Below are positions 1 to 9,582 of a DNA stretch of 58,690 bases, one piece after another. Where the stretch lies: the NCBI GenBank assembly GCA_009692015.1, contig SIAB01000001.1:1-58690 (forward strand), given 5' to 3'. Positions within the stretch are counted from its first letter, which is position 1; the number at the start of each line of letters is the position of its first letter. This DNA is from Phycisphaerales bacterium. Lineage in GTDB: Bacteria > Planctomycetota > Phycisphaerae > Phycisphaerales > SM1A02. Both the position numbers and the translations under genes were made by a program. A model generated the notes under the pieces. That model was not told the DNA's origin, did not search any database, and worked only from the letters and a program-made list of their open reading frames with translations.

Positions 1-284
1 GACAGTGTGAACGCTGCGGAATCATCTGCTCGGGGCTCAGACAGTCCTCGCCTGAATTCCAGCGCGCCATCCGGCGCGCGCTCAGACAAGCGGCGCAGAC
101 TTGCTCGGCTGCGGAACTCGCCCGAGCAGAGATTCCTCCGCTTTCACGCCGGCAAGAATCTGGCTTGAAATGTTGGCAATGGGTCTACCGTTTCGGGACC
201 ATGTTCTGGGCGAGTTTGCCAGCCGCACCAAGTGCAGTTGAGTCAGCCATCGAAGTGTGGCGTTGACCCCCTGAACTGGCAGCC

Positions 285-1424
285 TCAATGCAAGATGATT
301 CGAACCCGAAAGGTGAGGGTCTTGCCCGGCGCAAGTTTGTCGAGTTGCGATCCCTTGGCGCGCCATCGATAGAGCGCGTCGAGCACGGGATCATCGATGT
401 TCTTGACTCCGCTCGATTCGACGATCTTGCAAGTCACCGGAACTCCATCCCGTCCGAAGCGAATTTCACCGGTTGGATTGCGCGGCGAAGTTGTCATCTC
501 CGTGAGCATGTAGAACTCGGGTCGGCGGGTCTTGATCTCGAGACCCTTGCGCGCCAGCGGTTTTCCAGTGCGCCACAGCGATGGTGGCACATCGACGATG
601 CTGGTCGCGTCCGATTCGCGGTCGGATTTTTCTCCCTGCTCCTGACTTGTGCCGGGGGCTCCGGGTGGTCCGGCAACGGGCGCGACGACTGGCGAGGTCG
701 CACCTGCCGCGCCGGTGGATTCGGTTGCTGCAGGCGCTGGAGGCTGGACCGGAGGTTGCGCCACAACTGCTTCCCGCGCGAATGCATCGGGAGTCTCGGA
801 TGGTTTCACGGGTGCGGTGGGGGAGGAATCCTTGGATGGATCCTGTTGGACATCTGTCCGGTCAACGGCTGGGGGCAAGACACCCTCCGGGTCGAGGGGT
901 GCTGTGGGAAGATCGCTCTCTGGCGTTGTCGTCGGAGTGACCCCCTTCAGATCACTCGGTGCTTCGGTGGGAAGTGGACCCGCTGCACTGACTGCTTCGA
1001 CCGCAGGAGTTGGTTGAGTTGGCGCCGCGGCGGGTCCAGCCGTCACCTGGCCCGCTGCCAGCGCACCACCGCCGGACGCATCCTTTTCTGTGAACGCCGC
1101 TTGATCGATCGTTGCATGCTGGGCGAGATGCTCCTGGTACTCGTCGTAACCAATCCAAGTCATACCCTGATCCGATCCATCTTCGAGCCCAGGGACGACC
1201 TCGTCATCCTGTTGACTTTGCTGGTGCTCGGCAAGTGCTTTCTCGACGCGCTCGCGCTGTCGTCGCTCCGCGGCGCTCTTGCCATCGAGGGCAGAATCGA
1301 GCGGGCTCTTGCTGCCCACACCCCACGATGCGGTGAGCATCGGAAAACCGATCAGCAGATGCAATCCAATCGCGACGACCGCACCGATGTAGAGCGGCTT
1401 GTTGTTTTGCCGGCACTCGATCAC
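285..1424 (-). CDS. TonB-like energy-transducer protein (membrane anchor, Pro/Ala-rich linker, TonB_C-like domain)
   Basis: 379-aa ORF. N-terminal hydrophobic helix YIGAVVAIGLHLLIGFPML, then a long P/A/T-rich spacer. The C-terminus GEIRFGRDGVPVTCKIVESSGVKNIDDPVLDALYRWRAKG resembles the TonB C-terminal domain. The GTG start overlaps the exbD stop (GTGA at 1421-1424). Confidence 0.6.
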   Translation of the reverse strand: MIECRQNNKPLYIGAVVAIGLHLLIGFPMLTASWGVGSKSPLDSALDGKSAAERRQRERVEKALAEHQQSQQDDEVVPGLEDGSDQGMTWIGYDEYQEHLAQHATIDQAAFTEKDASGGGALAAGQVTAGPAAAPTQPTPAVEAVSAAGPLPTEAPSDLKGVTPTTTPESDLPTAPLDPEGVLPPAVDRTDVQQDPSKDSSPTAPVKPSETPDAFAREAVVAQPPVQPPAPAATESTGAAGATSPVVAPVAGPPGAPGTSQEQGEKSDRESDATSIVDVPPSLWRTGKPLARKGLEIKTRRPEFYMLTEMTTSPRNPTGEIRFGRDGVPVTCKIVESSGVKNIDDPVLDALYRWRAKGSQLDKLAPGKTLTFRVRIILH

Positions 1425-1873
1425 GGTGTGATCGTAGGCAATGGCGGCGGAGGTTCATCCGACTCGAGTGGCTTGCCTACGAAATTCACCTGCAGACCGC
1501 AGCCGCGCAGTTTGTCCCAAATGCTCTGCATGACCGGGGCGCGGTCGACTGTTCCCGCGCCATCGGCAACCGCGATGTACACGATCGTCTTGGGGTCTTC
1601 CTGCTTCGACTCGGCGACCCGTCCCGCAATGTCGCTCAATTCGCAGGGAATGCGGTTGTAATAGAGTTTTCCATCCAGCGCGATCGAAATGGTTGCAGCC
1701 GTGGATGGCTTGGCGCTCTGGCCGCTCTGAAACTTGCGAAGTTCCATGGGGATGACACTCACCCGAACCGCAAGCGCCTGCGAGTAAATGAAGAACGACA
1801 GCAAGAACATCATCACATCGATGAGCGGAATCAACTCGATGCGGGGTTCGTGAACGGTGCGACGAATGCGCAT
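1421..1873 (-). CDS. exbD: ExbD/TolR-family biopolymer transport protein
   Basis: 150 aa. The N-terminus EPRIELIPLIDVMMFLLSFFI is the typical ExbD/TolR signature and TM helix. ATG at 1873. Confidence 0.85.
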   Translation of the reverse strand: MRIRRTVHEPRIELIPLIDVMMFLLSFFIYSQALAVRVSVIPMELRKFQSGQSAKPSTAATISIALDGKLYYNRIPCELSDIAGRVAESKQEDPKTIVYIAVADGAGTVDRAPVMQSIWDKLRGCGLQVNFVGKPLESDEPPPPLPTITP

Positions 1874-1890
1874 GAGCGTGCCGTCTGAGT

Positions 1891-2229
1891 TCAGAGACCC
1901 AGTTGCGCCGCGGCGAGCGCGGTCGGCACATCGTCGGTGAACTTGAAGAGGCGATCAAGCCCGGTCATGAGCAGAACGCTCCAAACATTGTCCTTGACGC
2001 CGCAGAGGTGCAGGCTGCCCTGCTGGGCGATGAGTGACTTTCGAAGTTGCAGAAGCTGGGCGAGATTCGATGAATTGAGATACGTCACCTCGCGCATGTC
2101 GAGGATGATGTGTAGGTCATGGATCTTCTTTTCTAGGCACGAGGCGATCGACTTGAGATCCTCGGCAAAGACTGGCTCGTCGGCCATTTCTCCGATGATG
2201 ATGTTGTCTGACCAGTCACTCACGGGCAT
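1891..2229 (-). CDS. STAS-domain protein (anti-sigma-factor-antagonist-like)
   Basis: 112 aa. ILDMREVTYLNSSNLAQLLQLRKSL...LHLCGVKDNVWSVLLMTGLDRLF matches the SpoIIAA/STAS pattern. Confidence 0.8.
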   Translation of the reverse strand: MPVSDWSDNIIIGEMADEPVFAEDLKSIASCLEKKIHDLHIILDMREVTYLNSSNLAQLLQLRKSLIAQQGSLHLCGVKDNVWSVLLMTGLDRLFKFTDDVPTALAAAQLGL

Positions 2230-2241
2230 GGTGCGATCCTA

Positions 2242-4866
2242 TCACTCAGTCGCCGGGGTGCTGACATCGGAACCGGCGACCTCAACCGCGTCGAAGCACG
2301 CCGCAGCGACCAGCGCATCATCTTCCTGAAGTTTGACGACGCGCACGCCGAGCGTGTTGCGTCCGACGAGTCGAACATCGCTGGCATGGATTCGAACCAT
2401 CATTCCGCCGCGCGAGATGAACATGAGATGATCTGCCTCGAGCGTGGAATGCACCGCGACGACCCGCCCATTTCGCGCGTCGGTCTTGATGTCGATGCGA
2501 CCCTTTCCACCGCGCGATTGCGCCCGAGTTTGCCCATCTTCCTGGTGGACGAGATACTCCGACATCGCGGTGCGCTTGCCGAATCCGTGCTCGGTGCAGG
2601 TGAAGAGCGCGGCCTGATCGTCGCATCGCACCAGACCAACCACTTCGTCGGCGGCGACTGCCCCGTCGGCTTCGGCGAGATCGATTCCGGCGACACCTGC
2701 CGTGTCGCGACCCATCACTCGGGCATCATTCTCGTCGAATCGAATGGACATCCCGTGGGCCGTCGCCAGCAGAACATGATCGTTGCCGCGCGTCTGCACC
2801 ACATTGATCAAGCGGTCGCCTGAATTCAACTTGACCGAGATGATGCCGCTGCGATTCACATTGCGGAACTCCTTGAGCGAGGAGCGCTTCACCCGCCCGC
2901 TGGCCGAGGCGAAGAAGAGGTAGTCCTCACTTAGTTCGAAATCCTTGATTGGCAGATACGCGACCATGCGCTCGCCTTCTTTGAGTTCGACGACATTGTT
3001 GATCGCCCGTCCCTTGGCGGTGCGAGAGAGTTCTGGAATCTGCCAGACCTTGGTCTTGTAGACGCGACCAGTGTTCGTGAAGCAGAGCAAGTCGTCGTGC
3101 GTACTGGCGATAAAAACCCGCTCGATGTAATCGCCATCCTTTGCATCCGACCCCTTCACACCAATGCCGCCACGCCCCTGAGTTCGGAAGGTGTCAACGG
3201 CCAGCCGCTTCACGAAGCCCTCGTGACTCACGGTGACTGCCACATCGTGTTCCTTGATGAGCTTCGACCAGTCGAACTCATCTGCCTCGCCGGGGACGAT
3301 TGTCGTGCGGCGGTCATCGCTGAATTTCTCGGCGATGTCGAGCACATCCTGGCGAACCATTTTGAGCACCAGCGAGGCATCCGCGAGTATCGCCTCGTAC
3401 TGGTCAATCTCGCAGAGCAGCGCCGCGAATTCACTGGCGAGTTTTTCGATCTCGAGTCCGACCAATTGAATGAGTCGCAGTGCGCCAATCGCATCCGCTT
3501 GCACGCGGGTCAGCTTGATTCCAGCGCCCACGCGGCTTGCGGCAGCGATGCGCGCTGGAACGAGATGGGCTGCCGGATGGTTCTCGGCAATGCGGAAGGC
3601 GTGCTCCATCAACTTGATGATCGCTTCTTCGCGGGTCTGCGAGGCGCGAATGATGGCGATCACCGCTTCGATGTCACAGACCGCATAGACCAAGCCCTCG
3701 AGGCGGTGGGCCTGCTGACGAGCTTGGCGAAGCAGGAATTCGGTGCGGCGCCGAATGACCGATACGCGGTGATCGATATAGCAGTCGATCAGCGTGCGCA
3801 GCGGCAGGGTGCGCGGTTGGCCATTCACCAACGCGATGTTCATAATGCTGTAGGTGGTCTCGAGCGGTGTGAACTCGTAGAGTTGGCGCTCGACCACGGC
3901 CGGATCCGCCCCCTTGCGAAGCACCACGAGGATTCGCGTCTGCGCATCGCGTCCCGAGTGGTTTCTGACATCAACGATGTCTGGGATGCGATCATCTTTC
4001 TTGGCATCGACGATGCGCTCGATCAGCAGGCTCTGCACCACCTGGTATGGAATCTCTTCGATGATGATGATGTCGCGACCATCTTTGGATTCGTGGCGCA
4101 CGCGCCCGCGCACCGTGAGCTTGCCACGACCCGTCTGATAGGCCTGCGCGATGCCGCCCTGACCGATGATCGATCCACCGGTCGGGAAGTCTGGTCCTGG
4201 GACGATTGCCAAGAGTTCCTCGAGACCGATACCTGGGTTGTCGATGGTCGCCACGATTGCCCGTGCGATCTCCCCCAAATTGTGAGGCGGCATCGCGCTT
4301 GCCATTCCCACGGCGATCCCCGAAGTTCCGTTCACCAGCAGGTTGGGAAACTTGCCGGGAAGCACCATCGGTTCCATGAGCCGATCGTCATAATTCGGCT
4401 TGAAATCAACGGTTTCCTTATCGAGGTCTTCCAACAGTGCCACGGCGACGCCGGTCATCCGTGCCTCGGTGTAACGCATGGCAGCGGCGGGATCCCCCTC
4501 GATGGATCCGAAGTTTCCTTGCTTGTCAATGAGCAGTGCGCGGGTCTTCCAGGCTTGTGCCAAATTCACCAGCGTGGGATAGATCACCGACTCGCCGTGG
4601 GGATGGTAATTACCGCTGGTGTCGCCGCAAATCTTCGCGCACTTGATCTGTTTGCGCCCCGGGGTGAGATTCAAATCATGCATGGCAACCAGAATGCGCC
4701 GCTGCGACGGCTTCAGTCCATCGCGCACATCGGGCAGGGCGCGATCCATGATCGTGCTCATCGCGTAGACGAGATAGGACTCGTGTAATTCGCGGTCGAT
4801 CGTCTTGTCGATCACATGACCGCGGGTCGAATCTGGGTTGTCAGGGGGCGGGGGAACGGTGCTCAC
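2242..4866 (-). CDS. gyrA: DNA gyrase subunit A
   Basis: 874 aa. [38 protein letters not shown], the [11 protein letters not shown] active-site Tyr motif, and C-terminal beta-pinwheel repeats. GTG start at 4866. Confidence 0.97.
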   Translation of the reverse strand: MSTVPPPPDNPDSTRGHVIDKTIDRELHESYLVYAMSTIMDRALPDVRDGLKPSQRRILVAMHDLNLTPGRKQIKCAKICGDTSGNYHPHGESVIYPTLVNLAQAWKTRALLIDKQGNFGSIEGDPAAAMRYTEARMTGVAVALLEDLDKETVDFKPNYDDRLMEPMVLPGKFPNLLVNGTSGIAVGMASAMPPHNLGEIARAIVATIDNPGIGLEELLAIVPGPDFPTGGSIIGQGGIAQAYQTGRGKLTVRGRVRHESKDGRDIIIIEEIPYQVVQSLLIERIVDAKKDDRIPDIVDVRNHSGRDAQTRILVVLRKGADPAVVERQLYEFTPLETTYSIMNIALVNGQPRTLPLRTLIDCYIDHRVSVIRRRTEFLLRQARQQAHRLEGLVYAVCDIEAVIAIIRASQTREEAIIKLMEHAFRIAENHPAAHLVPARIAAASRVGAGIKLTRVQADAIGALRLIQLVGLEIEKLASEFAALLCEIDQYEAILADASLVLKMVRQDVLDIAEKFSDDRRTTIVPGEADEFDWSKLIKEHDVAVTVSHEGFVKRLAVDTFRTQGRGGIGVKGSDAKDGDYIERVFIASTHDDLLCFTNTGRVYKTKVWQIPELSRTAKGRAINNVVELKEGERMVAYLPIKDFELSEDYLFFASASGRVKRSSLKEFRNVNRSGIISVKLNSGDRLINVVQTRGNDHVLLATAHGMSIRFDENDARVMGRDTAGVAGIDLAEADGAVAADEVVGLVRCDDQAALFTCTEHGFGKRTAMSEYLVHQEDGQTRAQSRGGKGRIDIKTDARNGRVVAVHSTLEADHLMFISRGGMMVRIHASDVRLVGRNTLGVRVVKLQEDDALVAAACFDAVEVAGSDVSTPATE

Positions 4867-4895
4867 AGCGAACCAGAAATACTACCAAACTCGTC

Positions 4896-5492
4896 TCAAC
4901 TTTGGGGGGTTTTGCCTGTGGAAATCGCTTGATTCAAGACCACCAAATGAGCAAGATGTTCGGTGTTTCCACCAGCGCCCTCGAGCGGGCTTGGGCAGTC
5001 GGCAACGACCCGAACTCCCAGCTCGCCCATCGCATCGAGGACCCGGCGAATGACGACGCGTGCGACCTCATCGGGAAGGCAGCCCTTCACGAGTGCTTTG
5101 CGTTCATCACCCTGTGACTCGTAGTGCGGCTTGATGAGCGCGATGATTTGTCCAGCTGGGCGCAGCCATCTGAGCGCCACGGGGATCGAATGGCGCTGGC
5201 GGGTCCATGCCATATCGAGCACCACCAGATCGACCCCCGCCGTGGGGGCTGCCACATGCAGCACATTGGTGCGCTCGCGAACGTCCACGCGCGGATCGTT
5301 GCGGAGCTTCCAGTCGAGCATCCCGTAACCGGTGTCGATTGCGATCACCTTCGCTGCGCCACTCTTGAGAAGACAATCTGTGAATCCCCCAGCATTACAG
5401 CCAAAATCTGCGCATTCAAGCCCCGTTGGATCGACCGCAAAGGCCGCCAGCGCGTGGGCGAGTTTGAGACCTGCTCTGGAGACAAATTCCAC
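4896..5492 (-). CDS. TlyA/FtsJ-like rRNA 2'-O-ribose methyltransferase, with no S4 domain
   Basis: 198 aa. FVSRAGLKLAHAL..., the SAM motif DFGCNAGGFTDCLL, and IAIDTGYGMLDWKLRNDPRV are typical of the TlyA catalytic domain. The ORF starts directly at that domain. Confidence 0.75.
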   Translation of the reverse strand: MEFVSRAGLKLAHALAAFAVDPTGLECADFGCNAGGFTDCLLKSGAAKVIAIDTGYGMLDWKLRNDPRVDVRERTNVLHVAAPTAGVDLVVLDMAWTRQRHSIPVALRWLRPAGQIIALIKPHYESQGDERKALVKGCLPDEVARVVIRRVLDAMGELGVRVVADCPSPLEGAGGNTEHLAHLVVLNQAISTGKTPQS

Positions 5493-5509
5493 GCGGTTCC
5501 ATCCGAGTT

Positions 5510-6391
5510 TCAGACACCCACCAGGGCGATCCCGAGTCGATCAGCGACGGCGATCATCTTGAATTTCTCAAGCATGATCACCCGACCGGCGCCCAGAACG
5601 AGGACCCGCCCGCCAGCCTTGGAGAGTCGTTCGACTGTTGCGACCCCAACGGTCGGGACATCTGCGCGCATGTCATGCGCGTCGTGTGCGGTCTTCAGGA
5701 GAACCCATCCGCCGCTGCGACAGAGTTGCGCCGTCCGATCGATCATCGCATCCGTTCCCTCCATCGCTTCAACGGCGATCACATCGCAGTCGCGCACGGT
5801 GATCCCCTGACCAACTCCCAGATTGGCAATCGATCGCAGCAGTGGCCAGGAGAAATCGATATCGCGCCGCTGCGCGGTTGTGGGTGGCACGCGTCCCATC
5901 ACGCCGATGGTTGCCAGATGCTCAGGGATGTAGGGGGTTGAATCGATGAGTCGCACTCCAGCAGTTGCGAGTTCGTCGGCGACAGCGCTCAGGAGCACAT
6001 GACTTCGTCGATCGAACCGCAGGCGACGATAGTAAAGGAGCACGGCGCGCAAGTCGGGCAGTTGTCGCAAGAGACGCAGTGGTTCATACATCTGCGCCTT
6101 TCCAACCCGCCCAACCATCACAGTCTCTTCGATGCCAGCGCAGCGAAGAATGCGAATCCACTTGCCGATTTGCAGGGTTCCAGCAGGGCGAAAGGCATCG
6201 CAGTGCAGCGGCAGGGCGGGGTCGAATTGATCGCGAAGCCCCACGCACACGACGGTTGCACCCGTGGCGCGAATTCCGTCGGCGACGAGAATCGGCAGGA
6301 GTCCGCTGCCGGCGATCATTCCGATGCGCGGCGCGCTTGACGGCGCGCTTGACGGCGCGCTTGACGGCGCGTTTGACGGCGCGCTTGTCAT
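5510..6391 (-). CDS. lpxI: UDP-2,3-diacylglucosamine pyrophosphatase LpxI (DUF1009 family)
   Basis: IGMIAGSGLLPILVA..., VGQGITVRDCDVIAVEAMEGTDAMIDR and DMRADVPTVGVATVE match the LpxI pattern. I chose the ATG at 6391 because it overlaps the upstream stop (ATGA). The longer ORF to 6508 would overlap the LOG gene. Confidence 0.8.
   Translation of the reverse strand: MTSAPSNAPSSAPSSAPSSAPRIGMIAGSGLLPILVADGIRATGATVVCVGLRDQFDPALPLHCDAFRPAGTLQIGKWIRILRCAGIEETVMVGRVGKAQMYEPLRLLRQLPDLRAVLLYYRRLRFDRRSHVLLSAVADELATAGVRLIDSTPYIPEHLATIGVMGRVPPTTAQRRDIDFSWPLLRSIANLGVGQGITVRDCDVIAVEAMEGTDAMIDRTAQLCRSGGWVLLKTAHDAHDMRADVPTVGVATVERLSKAGGRVLVLGAGRVIMLEKFKMIAVADRLGIALVGV
6330..6389. repeat. 12-bp tandem repeat, 5 copies (GGCGCGCTTGAC; the last two copies have 1 mismatch each)
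   Basis: Read directly from the sequence. It encodes SAPS/NAPS repeats at the extreme N-terminus of LpxI (MTSAPSNAPSSAPSSAPSSAP). Confidence 0.9.
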
Positions 6392-7014
6392 GACTCTCGT
6401 TTCCCGTGCATCGGCAGCATCGCAGTGGGGTCGTGGACTTCGACGACCGCACTCGTAACCGCACGGTGCAGTCGTTCGGCGAGGCGTTGCGGGTCTGACT
6501 CCATCCACAGGAGATCGCGCGCGGCAGACCGAACGAATCCATGATCAACGCCGTGCGAGACAAGTTCGAAGAGTGGCTGCGAGAACCCCTTGGTGTTGAG
6601 GAGCCCAATCGGCTTTCCGTGTCGACCGATCACCCGGCCGACCAGGGTCTCAAAAAACTCCTCCCATGTTCCAAGCCCGCCAGCCAGGATCGCAAATCCC
6701 TGACCGCGCTCCTCGAGTTGTCGCTTGCGCTCGCGCATCGAATCAACCACGATCATCTGGTCGCAGCCGACCCATCCTTGCTCGAGTTGGAGGAATTGTT
6801 CAGTGATGATGCCAGTGACGTGCGAGCCTGATTTCTGAGCGCTTCGAGCCAGTTCCCCCATCAGCCCAATGCCACCACCGCCATACACCAGATCCATTCC
6901 ACACGCCCCGATTGCCGCCCCGAACAGACCCGCGGCAACCAGGAAATCGGGATCGAGTCCGGTGGCACTCGCGCAGTAGACGGTGATGGATGGTCGCGGC
7001 ACAGGAGCGGTCAT
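6388..7014 (-). CDS. LOG-family protein (cytokinin riboside 5'-monophosphate phosphoribohydrolase / TIGR00730)
   Basis: 208 aa. YGGGGIGLMGELA and the AGGLGTWEE motif (PGGxGTxxE type). Confidence 0.85.
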   Translation of the reverse strand: MTAPVPRPSITVYCASATGLDPDFLVAAGLFGAAIGACGMDLVYGGGGIGLMGELARSAQKSGSHVTGIITEQFLQLEQGWVGCDQMIVVDSMRERKRQLEERGQGFAILAGGLGTWEEFFETLVGRVIGRHGKPIGLLNTKGFSQPLFELVSHGVDHGFVRSAARDLLWMESDPQRLAERLHRAVTSAVVEVHDPTAMLPMHGKRES

Positions 7015-9244
7015 GCCCTTCTACGATAGCGGGGCGATGAAAGCCGACGCAGTCCCACTCGTGGATCGAATCGCACTCGGGGCAATTCTGATGACGGCGG
7101 GAGCGCGGGCGATGATCTCATTCGCACCGATTCCAGTTTTCGACATGGATCCCGCGATTGAGAGTTCGCCATTCGTGGGCGCAACACTGGCACAGAGTGT
7201 GCTGCTTGATGCGCTGGCCTTGTCCGGAGCGGCGTGGCTACTCATTCGATCCTGTCGCGCGCCAGTCACGGCAGGGCGCCGCGGTGTGGTGATCGCGCTC
7301 CTCTGCCTTCCCGCGATCCTGGTGGCACTTGCCCACAGCATTTCGGATGCCGATCAACTCTGGCGCGCTTCGACTTGGATTGCTGCCATCGCGAGTGCGG
7401 TTGCGATCCTGTCACGCAAGGGTGATGCATGGTCGCGATTGCTTGGACAGGCGGCGATCGCAGCACTCGCCGGTCTCGCGGTGGTGATCGCCGTGCGCGG
7501 ACTGGCGCAGATGACCAGCGAGCACGAGGCAACGGTGTTCTATTTCCGAGCCACGCGCGACACGTTTCTGAACGCGCAGGGATGGCTGGCGAATTCTCCG
7601 CAAGCGCTCACCTATGAGAGAAGGTTGATGCAGAACGAGGCGACCGGGTGGTTTGGATTCGCCAATGTCTTTGCCACGCTCGCTGCGGGATCGGCGGTGT
7701 TGATCGCGAATCTCGCCATTGGTCGAGCGCACATTGCGGCCCGCGCGTGGTTGTGGACAGGCGCGCTTCTCAGTGCGGGATTGGTGGTGGTGAGCGGTTC
7801 GAAGGGCGGCGTTGCGGCTCTGGCACTGGGGCTCATCTGCTCAGTCGCCTGTCGCAGATGGAACCGCGTGTGCGGGATCGCACTCGTGGCGCTTCCGCTG
7901 ATCGCCCTCGGTGCGATCATCGTTCGCGGAATGATCGGATCCGAGATCGCGGAGCAGAGTCTGTTGTTTCGCTGGTACTACCTGGTCGGCGGCGCGCGTT
8001 CGTTCTTGGATTCTCCCTGGATGGGTGTTGGGCCCAGCGGCTTTCAAAGCGCTTTCATGCACTTCCGTCCCCACGAGTCGGTCGAAGAAGTTGTCAGCGC
8101 GCACGGCGCATTTGCGGACTGGATGATTACCCTTGGAGCTGCCGGGATCGGTCTCATCGCATTCCAACTTTCGATGGCTTGGTGGTCGGCACCGCAGCGC
8201 CCGACTGGGAAACCTGCCAGCGAGCGCGCCGAGGCGGGAGTCACCGAGATCGCCGTGGCTTCTGTCGTTTTCGCGGCGGTGATTTCGATCGCATTCGAGG
8301 CGCCCTCCCTCGACAATGCTGCCTTCTTTTGGCGATTGGCTGGTCTTGGCGCAGGTGCAGTCACCGCTTGGGTGGTGGTTCTCTTGTCGCACGAGTACGC
8401 ACCCGCTTCAAATCGCGCCGTTGGAGTCGCTGCGCTCGCAGCGGTCGTGCTCACCCATGGACAGATCGACATGGTCTTCTGGTTGCCCGGCAGCGCGCTG
8501 TGGGCATGGGTGGCACTCGCCGTGGCTGCCGCATGGAATGGTGATCGCCACGATGACCAGACCGGTGCCGCGCGCGCGCCCGTGCCTCGGCTCCACCGCC
8601 TGGCGGTGGGGTCAATGGCAGGTCTGGTCGTTGCCGTCGCGATCGGATTGGTTTTCGTTGTCTCTCCCGCACTGCAGCGCCAGGATCAGATCGCGCTCAG
8701 CGCTGCCGCGCAATTGAACGAGGACGCCAAGACGCGCTCGGTCGAACAGCTTGCAGCCGGTCGAGCGAATGCGGCCGCACTGCTCGCACAGGCCTCGCAG
8801 TCGTGGCCGCGGCGCAGCGCATACGCCGTGTGCGCGGCAGAGCAGTGGCAGGCAGCGGCATCCGCGGAACCCGTTCCGATGGATGCGGTTCTATGGCTTC
8901 GTTCCGGTCGCGAATTGGTGGAGGGGATCGCTGGCGAAGACTCGAATGGATTCGCGGCCCGGATCGTGGCCTCCACGATTGCCATTCGCGAGGCTGAATA
9001 CTCGAGCGGATCGTGGCAGGCTGCCGAAACAGCACTGCGCAGCGTGATCGCCGTGAACCATCGTCACACCGAAAGTTGGATTCGCCTCGCTGGTGTGCTG
9101 AGGCGCCAGGGCAATCGCGCCGGAGCCCGCGACGCAATCCTCAGAGCGCTCGAAGTGGACGAAACATTCGCGGGCGATCCCATGCGGCAGTTTTCGGCAC
9201 AGCGGCGCGAACTGATCGAGACCGAACTGCGCGCGCTGGACTAG
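7013..9244 (+). CDS. O-antigen ligase/polymerase-like polytopic membrane protein with C-terminal TPR-like region
   Basis: About 12 predicted hydrophobic helices. Wzy_C-like core (VVSGSKGGVAALALGL..., PWMGVGPSGFQSAFMHFRP). The C-terminal soluble part has TPR-like helices (WIRLAGVLRRQGNRAGARDAILRALEVDE). The start is uncertain; candidates are 6983, 7013 and 7037. Confidence 0.6.
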   Translation: MPFYDSGAMKADAVPLVDRIALGAILMTAGARAMISFAPIPVFDMDPAIESSPFVGATLAQSVLLDALALSGAAWLLIRSCRAPVTAGRRGVVIALLCLPAILVALAHSISDADQLWRASTWIAAIASAVAILSRKGDAWSRLLGQAAIAALAGLAVVIAVRGLAQMTSEHEATVFYFRATRDTFLNAQGWLANSPQALTYERRLMQNEATGWFGFANVFATLAAGSAVLIANLAIGRAHIAARAWLWTGALLSAGLVVVSGSKGGVAALALGLICSVACRRWNRVCGIALVALPLIALGAIIVRGMIGSEIAEQSLLFRWYYLVGGARSFLDSPWMGVGPSGFQSAFMHFRPHESVEEVVSAHGAFADWMITLGAAGIGLIAFQLSMAWWSAPQRPTGKPASERAEAGVTEIAVASVVFAAVISIAFEAPSLDNAAFFWRLAGLGAGAVTAWVVVLLSHEYAPASNRAVGVAALAAVVLTHGQIDMVFWLPGSALWAWVALAVAAAWNGDRHDDQTGAARAPVPRLHRLAVGSMAGLVVAVAIGLVFVVSPALQRQDQIALSAAAQLNEDAKTRSVEQLAAGRANAAALLAQASQSWPRRSAYAVCAAEQWQAAASAEPVPMDAVLWLRSGRELVEGIAGEDSNGFAARIVASTIAIREAEYSSGSWQAAETALRSVIAVNHRHTESWIRLAGVLRRQGNRAGARDAILRALEVDETFAGDPMRQFSAQRRELIETELRALD

Positions 9245-9562
9245 TCAACCTTGAAGTTCGAGAAGGACTTCGCCAGAGGTGCGCTCGTAGTGAACTACCT
9301 CTCCGCCAGGGAATCGTCGCAGGCCCTCGGCTCGAAGTCTCGGCGCATGATCGCGCACATATCGATCGAAGTCGGCCCGCCCTGCGAATTGGTAGCGCGC
9401 TTCAAAGTGCAGTTGATCGCCATCGAGTCGCACCACTTCGCCGTGCAGCGCTCCAGTTTGAATGACCGCAGCAAGATGTTCGTCGCGCATCCACGCAATC
9501 CAGGCTTGGGCGGTGTGCGACTCTGCGAATCGTGCCGAAACTGTGTAGCGGAATGGGGTCAT
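9245..9562 (-). CDS. DUF4286-like small protein
   Basis: 105 aa. YTVSARF...AQAWIAWMRDEHLAAVIQTG pattern. Its stop abuts the stop of the preceding convergent gene (TAG|TCA). Confidence 0.55.
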   Translation of the reverse strand: MTPFRYTVSARFAESHTAQAWIAWMRDEHLAAVIQTGALHGEVVRLDGDQLHFEARYQFAGRADFDRYVRDHAPRLRAEGLRRFPGGEVVHYERTSGEVLLELQG

Positions 9563-9582
9563 CTGCGTGGCACGCCGGCTCG

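Noticed and set aside
62-79. GC-only 7-bp hairpin, GCGCGCC-ATCC-GGCGCGC.
   Set aside because: No U-tract follows on either strand, and it lies ~200 nt from the nearest stop codon. It could be a terminator, a REP-like element, or a structure occluding the ATG at 70, but nothing discriminates between these.
1-284. Possible partial genes at the left edge. A plus-frame ORF is open from position 1 to a TGA at 165-167. A minus-strand ORF starts at the ATG at 70 and runs off the edge. The 94-aa and 69-aa minus ORFs in the track also lie here.
   Set aside because: All are too short to score, have no recognisable motif, and are mutually exclusive. The 82-366 and 185-394 ORFs mostly overlap the well-supported TonB-like CDS in other frames.
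288-1661. Long antisense or alternative-frame ORFs throughout the window. Examples: 288-1661(+), 3097-4788(+), 13602-14666(-), 14721-16370(-), 18621-19841(-), 22095-23252(+), 24898-26193(+), 30383-31489(+), 31563-32699(-), 32078-33256(-), 38193-39479(+), 43450-44517(-), 49270-50163(-), 50630-51502(-), 53557-54498(-), 55664-56503(-), 57120-57977(-).
   Set aside because: These are typical shadow ORFs of a GC-rich genome. They are Arg/Pro/Gly/Ser-rich low-complexity translations with no motifs, and each lies opposite or out of frame to a CDS with clear family signatures.
6330-6389. The tandem repeats at 6330-6389 and 45859-45954, considered as CRISPR-like arrays.
   Set aside because: The units are 12 and 6/18 bp, directly adjacent with no spacers, and lie in-frame inside CDSs. 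They are coding microsatellite-type repeats, not CRISPR.
7012-7015. The divergent LOG and O-antigen-ligase-like genes appear to share their start codons in a CATG palindrome (minus ATG at 7014, plus ATG at 7013).
   Set aside because: This most likely reflects an uncertain start for the plus-strand gene; alternatives at 7037 or later leave a short divergent spacer. It cannot be resolved from sequence alone.
9242-9247. Convergent gene pairs with abutting or overlapping stops: TAG|TCA at 9242-9247, TGA|TCA at 27950-27955, and overlaps at 34591-34600, 51396-51427 and 58130-58172.
   Set aside because: These are real but appear to be a general compaction feature of this genome rather than a specific functional element. 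I note only that no intrinsic terminators can fit between these genes.
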